Part shown: in pieces, positions 53,688 through 64,000 of the stretch
Position numbering within the stretch: the stretch's first letter is position 1
Layout of the letters: each line of letters starts with the position of its first letter
Assembly (NCBI RefSeq): GCF_006345805.1
Contig: NC_043012.1
Span: 16,058,001-16,122,000, forward strand
Direction: 5' to 3'
DNA: 64,000 bases
From: Octopus sinensis
Taxonomy: Eukaryota
The notes under the pieces: model-generated
What the model saw: the letters and a program-made list of their open reading frames with translations, nothing else
Told to the model about the DNA's origin: nothing
The model's database searches: none
Position numbers and translations under genes: made by a program

Positions 53688-54148
53688 TAAGAAATGCAAT
53701 TTCAAAAACGAAAACTCCTGTGCGTTAGAAGGGAAATGTCTAGTGAAAGGAGTAGTTTATAGAGCCAAGGTGCAAATAGAAGGCTCATCGGAATACAAGA
53801 CATATACAGGTGCCTCAGAAAATTCATTTAAAACATGATTTTATTCACATAAAAATTCATTTAGATACCCAGAGAATAGGAAGAGGACCAGCCTAGCAAA
53901 ATATGTCTGAGAACTAAAAGAAAAGGAAACCCCCACCTTTCAACGTGACATGGAGTATTCCGGACAGAGCGGCACCATACAGGCATGGAGCACACAGGAA
54001 TAATTTTAAATGCAAGCTTTGCCTATTAGAGAAACTGTATATTTTATTCAAAGAAAATAATTCTTTGAATCAAAGAAGTGAGCTAATGAACTTATGTAGA
54101 CACGCAACCAAATTTAAAATGTCAAATATAAATATACCATATGGATAG
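53688..54148 (+). pseudogene. Hydra-like PLE GIY-YIG fragment
   Basis: [56 protein letters not shown], with stops and a frameshift. Confidence 0.8.
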
Positions 54149-55296
54149 AGTATATATTTTGTATTTTTGATTTTTGAAATTTTAATTTTGACTCTTGGAC
54201 TAGTATGGATTTGTTTCGCGCTATGCAGATTTCATTCCGTATAGCAAAGTCTCATGCATATATTTTGTTTATTTTGTTTATATTTCTACATATACATTAG
54301 GAGAAACCTTCGGCTTTGTTTATTTCATGTTATTGTATTGTATAGGATTACCTTGATTTTTAATTTGTAGATGATCCAAAATAGGGTGTTATATTTTATA
54401 TGTCTTTCGTATATTTTTCATTATTGCACTCACCTTTTTTAAAAAGCAATGTTGTCAAAATTTAGAATTTTGATGTAAATATGTTTATAGCCATGGATAT
54501 GTATTTGTAAACATGCGTCTCTGTGTATGTGTAAGTGAGTGTATGTTTGTGCTCAAGCACACACATACACGACTGTATGTGTATGTATCCATTCGAACTT
54601 GTGTATTTGTATACTTGTCTCCATATATGTCAATAACGGTGTTACACAGCTTGTATACATAATTTTTCTTATTTCGTTTTTTCCCCACCCCTCCTTTTTC
54701 TTGTTTCCTTCCCCCTTCTTCGTTCCTTTTTCTCTCTCTTCCTTTCTTTCGTTTTTTTCTCTAACTGATACTGGTGCATACAACTTTACGTCCCCCTTAC
54801 TTAAGCTTTACTCCGTAAATAAGAAACGCTACATTAGCATCGATGATTTTAATTTGCGTGCGAGATAGATTGCGTACATATATGTATGCATGCATTTGTG
54901 TGTATATTTTAGATTTATATTTATACGTCTGTATATGTATGGCGTTTGCACGCATCCTTCTGTGTATGTTAATATATATATGTACACTTTAATATGAATA
55001 TGTATTGCAGCGTAATATTTATAATGCGTTTTAATTTCCATGCATTAATTATATTTCCTTCATTAACGTCAATATGTATTTTATTCAATGTAAGGTTTTT
55101 TCCTCGAATTTTATAATTTTTATAATTTTTATAATTTTTATATATATATATACATATATTTTTGAGCTCATTTTTTTGTTTATCGCTCGAAGATTGACCG
55201 TTATTTCTAAAGGGCCAATCAAACAAGTCCGTTTTTTTAAAGGTGTAGCGTTTGTAAGAGTCTGGATTGAATTGATATATCGGTTCCATTCTAGCA

Positions 55297-55344
55297 AAAA
55301 CTTGTTTGATGAACGGCAACGAGAAACTCAGAGTAAGAGATTTT
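55297..55344 (+). ncRNA. Degenerate hammerhead motif
   Basis: TTGATGA a cg gcaa cg a GAAA ctc a gag T A. Helix I poor. Confidence 0.45.
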
Positions 55345-55371
55345 GTTGAATTTTCTGCTGCTTTAAATAAA

Positions 55372-55418
<47 letters not shown>

Positions 55419-55444
55419 ATATATGTGCGATGTATGGATATAGT

Positions 55445-56520
55445 AATAGAAAATAATACTATGGAGAGCATCCAGCAAATATCTAACTTTATCCACCAGA
55501 GTATTAAGGTCACAATAGACTAGCCCACTAAACACCCCAACCATAGACTACCAGTACTAGACACAGAACTCTGGCTAGAATTGTGAATAATAAAACCCAA
55601 ATCCTTCATTCGTACTATGCAAAACCTATGGCCTCAAAATACTTGATCTACCGAAACACACCCATTGCGGACAATGCCAAATTCAATATTTTGATGGCAG
55701 ACCTCGTCAGAATAATGAGAAATGTGTTACGCATGTGCGAGCCTACAGAGTTAAAAAGACACATACAATATTTCATTCACCGCGTGCAGTTCTCAGGTTA
55801 CAGCCATAAAGAAAGGATCAGAGTATACAAAGGGGCCATGAAGAAATTTGATAATATATTATGTAATGATAGGAATGGGATTTGCCCGCTCTATAGGAAC
55901 AAGTCATGGAACACTATAGAAAGGACAAAAAAGAAAATAGGGAAGGCCAACTCTTGGTATGATAGCCATAAATACCAGAGTGTCGTGTTCGTTGACACCA
56001 CCCCTGGAGGTGAACTGGCGTACCGCTTTAGAAGGACCCTAGACAAACTTAAGCTAAGGATTAAGGTTGTTCAAAGGCCAGGCAACCCTAACAAATCTAT
56101 AATCGGTAGAACCTATCCTTTTAGTAGAACCCCTGTACGGATGAGCACTGTACTGTATGTAGATTTAGCCCACAAACAAACTGTAAAGCCAGAAATGTAG
56201 TCTATAGTATAAGATGTATAGAGGGACGATGCAGTAACAAGACAACGACATACGTAGGGGAAACGGCAAGAAGCATAGGAGAGCGGGTAAATGAACATTG
56301 GAGACAACTCAAGGAAGGTAAAAGCTCATCGATTCTGTACCAACACGTCGAACAGGAAGACGGGGGATCAATCAACAACATAGAAATTAAAATATTGTCC
56401 AGACATAGAACAGATGCAACAATCGGATAAATTACAGAAGCTACACACATAATAGAAAATAAACCTAGCCTGAATAGGAAACTAGAATGGGACACTAGCA
56501 CACACCACAACATATGACGG
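55445..56520 (+). mobile_element. Naiad-like PLE 3' half (RT thumb plus GIY-YIG)
   Basis: HPNHRLPVLDTELW, YAKPMASKY, VFVDTTPGG, CTDEHCTVC..NVVYSIRC..YVGETAR..EH..LNRKLEW. Same family as 26775-28480. Confidence 0.85.
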
Positions 56521-56945
56521 TAGAGGATCCCAATAAACTGGTTACAAAAAAAACCGAAAACATAATAAATAAAATACACAGATAAATAAACAAATAGAAA
56601 TATATAACTATATAAGTTTTTTTTAATGTAAAAGATTTTTTAATTTATTATTATTATTACTAGTATTGTTGTTATACATACATACATACATACAAGCATA
56701 TGTAATGATAATAATAAGTGGATGTAAACATGAACAAAATAAGAATACACAAAAACAACAACAAAAACAAATTACATGAACGTATATAAACAGAAGATAC
56801 AAATATTACAGGCATCCCCCCTACACACACACTAAGTAAACATAGACGCACATAAAGATATAAGCATGCGCAAATGAAAACATACAATAGAAATACAAAA
56901 TGGCTGACGGTTAGTAAGGAGAGACACAAATAAGAAGGAAACAAA

Positions 56946-56990
56946 GGACCACTGATGCGGTCACAGGAGTGTGACGAAAGAACTCTGGCC
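56946..56990 (+). ncRNA. Hammerhead motif in the 3' region of the Naiad-like PLE (A9 mutated)
   Basis: ggacca CTGATGC g gtcac aggagt gtgac GAAA g aa c T C tggcc. Confidence 0.6.
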
Positions 56991-57112
56991 GAAATAAGAT
57001 TAAGATTAATGTAAAAAAGAAATAACACTGAAGCAAAGTAACATCAAATATATAGTCCGTGTGTTTTTATTGGCTAAACTGGCAAAATGACCATTCCGAA
57101 ATATAACAATAT

Positions 57113-57171
<59 letters not shown>

Positions 57172-57282
57172 ATGAAACCAAAGGGTAGCCTTAATGCACA
57201 AATAAAGACATTTTTATTCACCAATGCGATGTTGACCACTCATTCTCGTTATTCGACATTTATGTGTGTATGTATATATATA

Positions 57283-57497
57283 TCCGGTCTTTCAAAATGT
57301 GACCTCGTGTGTACTGTTGGCGATTTTTTCTTCTGTCTTCCTTTCTCTGGATCTTTCCTTCTCCTATATTTCCGACGAAGAGCTCCGCTCGAAACGTTAA
57401 ACCCTCCTTCTTTCCTTCTTTCCTGAGCGTCCAATAATACTATATTTGTTCCACGTCCTCGCGTTGTTGTGTTTTTTGTGCTTTCTTGTTTGGATTA

Positions 57498-57502
<5 letters not shown>
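57283..57502 (+). mobile_element. Family G repeat with HHR-like motif
   Basis: ttt CCGACGA a gagc tcc gctc GAAA cg T T aaa at 57369-57401; between (TA)n tracts. Confidence 0.65.
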
Positions 57503-57585
<83 letters not shown>

Positions 57586-60500
57586 CACAGTTATTAGTGA
57601 GTATTATCAATCTGTGCAAAGCTTTCTGTTAGTACACCAGGCTAACAATATTGTTTAGATTAGTTAAGAACCGAATTTCAAGTTCACCACCAATCTATGC
57701 TGTGAATCTGTAGTTTTGTTCCAGTTATACTGGTTTTTACACAGAGTAATATATAAGTCAAGACAAATAATTGTCATTATCTATTTTTCGTTTTGTAGTA
57801 AATTTGACTGACAGCTTCCCAGTAATCGTATAAGGTTTGTTATTGATTGATCGGTTGAGGAAAATTGAACGACCTAGAAAATTAATGCAACTTTCATCAG
57901 TCATATCTGGTTATAATCAGAAGCAAAAGTGTAGGCGGGTTCAGAGGCTCACGCTGCAAACTCACTAAAAACAACTACAAACACAAAAACGTCATCTTCA
58001 ACGCAATTCACAGCCACACTGACAGCAACGAGAGCAACATCATCAACAACAACATAAATTCATCAACAACAGCAGCGACAACTATTGCAAACGACAACAG
58101 AAGCAACAGGAAGGCAATACCCAAACTCTTCAAGAACGAAAACTAAAACTATTAAAAGAAAATTTAAACCCTAAACAAAACGTATCCATCAATTTTACTG
58201 TCGTGAAGAAACTCAACTGTCACTTGATGGATTATCTAATGGAAAGTAAAAATGAAATCGAAACAGTGGAGGAAGAAATTAAGAATTTAATATTTAAAAT
58301 CCCGAAAGCGAGACTTTTAAATAAAACATCTTCGAACGTTTGCAGAACTATTAGAGAAAAATAACCAGCTAGTGTGGGAGTAAAAAAAACATACTATTGA
58401 TAAAAGAATTTTAGAAAGATCGTTTAAGAAACATTCGCCTGGAATGAGGTCTGGAATACCGGAGCTTCACGAAACTTAAGGTGAGTGATGTTCCCTGTTT
58501 TCTTTCTCTCACTGAGCTACGGAAAAACTAGCTCAGTTCCTGTAACGAGAGAACTGCTGGATACAGCAGCCAAATCTCTTCCCAAAGGAACCCTAAAGTT
58601 AAAAATGAGGAAGGACATGGGGAATTATATTTGTCCTAGATAACGAAAATTCTGGGACTTTCAACATTAGAATGCTCCTTTTGATCATAGGTCTGCTCGA
58701 TCGACCGCGTCCTCCCGGTTTCCAATTTATACGAAAGTTTATACGAGTTGGCAATCGATGGGCAAGCAGATTACACAACAGATTGGCTTGTTACTATGGG
58801 AACTTGTCGCAATATGTCTGTACCTTTAAATTGGCTAAAATTACCCAAAATTTATTAATTTAAGGCAAATATGAATTTCATTTCTACAATTAGCATACAA
58901 AACTACACCAGTGCACCAAATTTGAAATCAATTGGAACAAAATTAAAGGGAGTGATAAGCGAAAGCCAAACAGAAAAAATCCTGTTATAACTGAAGAAAT
59001 GATTCTGTTATAAATATTTTTTAAATAAACATTTCGTACAAACTTAGAAATTTTGTCTGCACATGAAAGTAACGAAAGATTAATAGTTACAAAAAATATA
59101 TTTGTAAACAATTTTTATTATAAAATGGTATTATATTATTCTAATTAAATAACTAATAATTAGTTCTTCACGATTGAAGATTCTGTCTGAATATGTTTTT
59201 ATATGTATATATGTTAATAGATTAATATGATATCACAAAAAATAATATATTTTTAATGCTTAATATCTTTAGATGTAGTTTACGCAAAATATGTGTCTCG
59301 ATGAAGTATTTCATTTGAGTTCAAATAATATTTTTTCTCTTAAAAAGACAAACATATTTTCGTTTCTTAAGACTGTGAACTTCCTTCACAATGTTTTGTG
59401 TAGCGAATATTTTTTGACGACGTTTGCACCATCTGATAATTCTCACAGAACTTTTTCATCTAAACGAACCTCGAACACAGCTTAGAAGATCGGTTGAGTA
59501 CCCTTAGAAAATGTAATAAAAGAGAATAGCTAAGGAAGACGCTCCAGGGAATCGAGTCCTAAACCACTCAAACTCACGTTAAGCGCACTGTACCGTTAAG
59601 TTAAACAGTCTATCACATCCAAGCCGTCTTTTACCACGCTAAATACCTTAAGATTACAAAAATATTTGGATTGTCAAAATAATCATCTTTTTTCATCATT
59701 TAAAGCGACAACACGAATATTTTTTGAGGAGGTTTTCACCATAAGATTCATCTCGTAGAACTCTTTTACTTGAACTCAACTATTGTAGAGTTCTCATTTA
59801 TAATAGCTTAGCTACTTTGATTCAAAATCAATTCTGAGGTTACTTACCAATGTTTTCATCACTTAAGTCCACACGAGTTTTCCTGTAACAAATACATTTT
59901 AACGAAGTTTTCACCAAAAGATTTTTCGCGATGAGCACATACTTTTAAACTCAGTTAATCTTCACTTTTCTTTGAAAATAACCGAGATGTTTCGATTCAA
60001 GGGTAATTTTTGGCCTTAAAATAACAGTTATTGATGAGTTGCACATTACCTTGCCATAAATATTATGATGATGCTAAATAAGGTATCAAATGCAAATTTA
60101 AATATATGTACACAGTAATTTCTTAGTCATAAACTAAACACAAATATGTGTTGGGCATTTTGCTCCATCTCATTTGTAACCTAATTGTTTTGTGCAAATT
60201 TTCACTTATCCTCCTTCATGAGAAACATGTAGATCAAATATGACTTTCGTGTTTATAGGGAAATTCAAATTTATTACTACGTAACAACGGAATATTCAGA
60301 AATTATTCTTTTATAGTTAGGGAAGCAGTAAATATTTGTTTTACAATTCAAAAAAGGTTCACATATATTTCTCACCAAAAATTAAGATGAAATATAATTT
60401 TTTTGAGGAATCTTCCGCAATAGAACCTACTAAATCTCCTTGTTATATGTACCGATATACCATTCGTATTCTACCAATACTCACTTCCATAGTCAGTCCG

Positions 60501-60785
60501 AGTGGAATAATCGATTAGAAGTGCTAAACAATCTAATGTGGTTTCGGTCGTTTTGACTACTTCTTCTAGCGTGTAAAAACTGCCTGTTGAAGGCAGTTTT
60601 CTCTTGTGTTTAAATGCACACTTTATATATATATATATTAGGGTGTTAAAAATCGACTACATTGCTAGAAGTAAGAACTTAAATGTTCTGATGAGGTAAT
60701 TAACGCACATGAATGAAAAACTTATACACTAACAGGGATCATAATTGGCGGGAAAATGCCGACCGTTAATTCTTGAGACTGATAC

Positions 60786-61170
60786 CCTAGTCACATTTAA
60801 TGACAGTTAAGATTCTCCATTTTGGTGAAACATTGCAGCCTGCTGTTTACATTCATTTTGAGTGAACATATTAGCGAATCTCTAAATCATCCATTTATTT
60901 GGATGACGTGAGCATGAATGCTAATAGAGAAACAGGTCCGGAAATAGCCAAACACCTAACTGGCTTTACTGATGATGGCAACGGAAATTGCCAAAACTGA
61001 TGTCAGTCTTAAGGGCTCTCGTTCGACATTTTTCGGACAATTATGGTCTCTGTTAGTGTATGTTTTCATTCATGTGCTTTAACTACAGCATTAGAGTATT
61101 TTAGGTCTTATGTCTAGCAATGAAGGTGTCTTTTAACATCCTAGTCACATTTAGTGACAATTATAATTCT
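60786..61170 (+). mobile_element. Old non-coding HHR unit with ~30 bp terminal direct repeat
   Basis: cctagtcacattta.tgaca.tta..attct at 60786 and 61140; degenerate HHR inside. Confidence 0.55.
60964..61013 (+). ncRNA. Degenerate hammerhead motif (G12 lost)
   Basis: cttta CTGATGA t ggcaa cggaaa ttgcc AAAA ctga tg tcag T C ttaag. Confidence 0.55.
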
Positions 61171-63560
61171 TCTAGTTTATTTACCGAACCAGTATTCGTA
61201 TCGTACGATGCAATACCTCGTCATACACAGACGTTATCGTGTTTCTGGATATATGTTTTGCGCAGGTTAATTTAAACTCAGTTTTATATACAATAGAAAA
61301 GTAAGCTACAAATTTACTAGGTAACAACTTTAGAGGATTTTTAGTTTAAATGTATACCACCAAATTTTATACGTGTCAAAATATACTATATTCATATATT
61401 CCATTTGCATGTACAATATATATTTAATCTTTTCTCAATGAGATTCAAGAATTCATTAGGTGAATTCATTGGTTGTTGTCTACAAATTTAGGCGATTTCA
61501 ACATCTAAAAACTTAATATATCTTGTTCATATACAACTGTAATAACACACGATCGATGTAGTCATCATGATTGACACAAATTTTCATCAAATCAAATACT
61601 GACAAAGACTAGTGCTAGCAATGTGAATTTCAAATCTAATCTGCATCATGTAATAACCAGACAATGAATATCATTGTGGAGCAGTTTCCTTCAAAGAATT
61701 CTATGATCAACAATGCCAAAGACGTTCAAGAATTCAATAAAAACGACAGTCGAACACCGACCAGCAATTCTTGGATATTAACAGTAATTTTGAATGAGAT
61801 ATTGGTAGATGAGTGTTATCTACAGAGATCAAGCTGAGAAGAATAAAAAGATTGAAATTCTCGAGAGAATGGATTTAGAGAAAATATACAGTTTTCTCCG
61901 CGTGGTTTCAATTTCACAGAGAAGAGAAATAAAACAATACTGAGTGTAATTAAAGCAGGAACATTTTCACTTGGAGGGAAATGTTCCTACAAGGAATTAT
62001 AGAATTATAGGTTTATAATTTGAGAGAGTGTACATACTTCATGTACAATTAATACAAATGGCATTTACGTAAATGCTACAACGGCCACTAGATAGACCAG
62101 TTTTTAAAATAGATTCCATGAAACTTTATGACCACGTTGCGATATGAACATTAGGAGCTTATATCCAGGGAAACATGGAAACCGGGGCAGTGTTTGCTTT
62201 AGGCAAAATTTAGGTGTTATTATTTAATATTAAAGGATATACTGAAGTACAATTAGGGCATTTGTTGTTGACAGTAGCAGAAGGAGTCTTCCCCTCTCTT
62301 ATTTTTCATCAGAAAGCTCTTAAATAATTTTCAGGAGTCTTTTGTACTCCTTTGTCAAAAATGCAGTGAGTCAGCGAATTAATATTGGGGGCCTGTAATT
62401 AAGCAAACTGTTATTCGCGAGTAATAATAACTGAGTAAATATATAAATAAGAGTTTAGGAGTTATAGCTGAGGGCGCGCGTTTATGCAGTGTCATTTATG
62501 AAATTTATATTTCTTGTCTGGCGGTCATGTTTCAAGAGATAGTGGTGGTGTGTTTATTCATCCCAGTTGGTAGTGAAAGATTTCCTCTGGAAAATAGCTG
62601 TTATTACATCAGAGAAGGCACTAGGCTGATCTATTTCGTTGTAACGTAGCCTGGTGAATATACATAATGATTAATGTATACCTGTTGTGACCAACCAGTA
62701 TTTTACTGTCAGAGTCTATAAAGAACCGCCGTATGCAATATAACCTTAATAGTTAAGAAATTCAAGAAGATTCGGTTGCGAATTCTAGCAATTCCATCGA
62801 TTATATGGATTTTCTTTCATTGGTTCACACCGTTTCCTTGGCTTGTTACAGATTTTGGTTTGGTGAAAGATGGGTATTATCATATGCTTATTTCTTCTAG
62901 ATCCGTCAAATAGGATGCATATTTACTGCCAAAAGTAACTAATTGTAACTGATGTAGTTCCTACAAGATTTATCCTTTGGTCCGAAACAATAGGTATTTT
63001 GCATGGAGACGAAAAACGTATTGTATTGATTTTGTCATGGCGTAATCCCAAAATAAACGGTCACAGTCGTCTAAGATTTTAACAGTAGAATCTCTTAAGG
63101 ATCAAGGAAAATTAGAATAAGGGAATATTCGAATCTTCTTTGGTGAAAACGTCTTAGAATTATAAAATATTTTATGTCTGTGCCAGCAACATTGATACGA
63201 AAAGAGTCTTAGAACAGGACGTTACCTAGATTGAAGTTGGCGTCAATGACTCTAAAGGTATATATAGAGTAATGTATGTCTTAAATAAAGTTGAAATTCT
63301 GATGATAAAACTTATAAAGAAAAATGTAGTGACAACGGACGAAATTTTGGCCCAGAGTAATTTGAGATGTTTTCATATCCGGGTAAGTGGTGAATGGTGA
63401 TAGAATGGTGATAGAATGGTGATAGAATGGTATTTTTATGTGTTAGATTCAGAGGAATTTAGCTGATGTTTCTCTTATTTCATTTGCTATTTCTACACTC
63501 GCAGTCTCTCCACTATTAGATCGATGGATGTGTATTCTTAAATCTTTTCTCCCTTTACAG

Positions 63561-63690
63561 GCTAACAAGGACACCGATATGGTGTCGGTCCTTCTGGTGA
63601 CGTCGATGATCGCCTGGGGCTAAATGCATCAGTAACACCACCACCACCCCGCCCTGTCCCTAGCCACATTCAGATGGCTGAACTCCCTTA
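63561..63690 (+). other. Possible host-gene exon (unidentified)
   Basis: Strong acceptor-like tcttttctccctttacag at 63543-63560, followed by GC-rich sequence not seen elsewhere in the window. No clear donor and no recognised protein. Confidence 0.3.
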
Positions 63691-64000
63691 CGTTAAAGTT
63701 GTCATACTTTTATGTGAATTGGTTAATTAAAATGTGGCTGATTTTAGGCAGTGTATTCGTTATGTTGTCTTCCATACCACTTATTAAATATTTATAAATA
63801 TTTATGTAAATAATGCATAACGAAGGTGATATTTTTATAGACTAAATATATGTAGACAATACCGTTGGTATTAAGATGAAAATTTAACATGAAATGGAGG
63901 AATGATAATTACTTTCAGACATATACATTCTTATAAAGATTTAGTTTTATTTTTGTTTTATCATATAGATATCACTTATATTGCATTTAAAGTATATTAA

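Noticed and set aside
54195-54265. Possible hammerhead relic on the minus strand (and similar ones at 33415-33460 and 55185-55232)
   Set aside because: Cores are too damaged to distinguish from chance.
56130-56490. Selenocysteine (TGA-for-Cys) recoding, known in some Naiad PLEs
   Set aside because: All Cys positions in the linker and endonuclease of both Naiad-like copies are TGT/TGC. The stops seen there are TAA/TAG decay.
58470-58490. Splice donor aag|gtgagt (and cgg|gtaagt at 63383)
   Set aside because: No convincing upstream acceptor or ORF; expected by chance in 64 kb.
62300-63260. Possible very old retroelement RT remnant on the minus strand
   Set aside because: Only faint motif resemblance; not supportable by eye.

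Overview
AT-rich, repeat-saturated eukaryotic DNA. The SINE families and microsatellite density suggest an octopus/cephalopod intronic or intergenic region (inference). No intact host gene is evident: almost all ORF-track entries are microsatellite read-throughs or antisense frames, and there is only one weak exon candidate near 63.56 kb. The window holds a near-full-length CR1-like LINE (ORF1 CCCH remnant; EN-RT ORF broken by two in-frame TAG codons), plus older CR1, RTE and R4/Dong-like fragments. It also holds four Penelope-like element (PLE) coding fragments of two types (Naiad-like and Hydra-like), four tRNA-derived SINE types, and maT, mariner, Chapaev3, hAT and pogo-like DNA-transposon remnants. 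The main hidden signal is about 14 type I hammerhead ribozyme (HHR) motifs from roughly 9 sequence families. Most sit in short non-coding units in or next to (TA)n tracts. Several have tiny or palindromic helix III, one has a U3-A8 compensatory core, and three sit in 350-530 bp units with terminal redundancy (retrozyme-like or PLE pseudo-LTR-like). A covarying two-hairpin 3' tail is shared by the CR1 LINEs and an abundant SINE, and SINE bodies and tails are shuffled combinatorially. All structures were read by eye; none was computed or tested.
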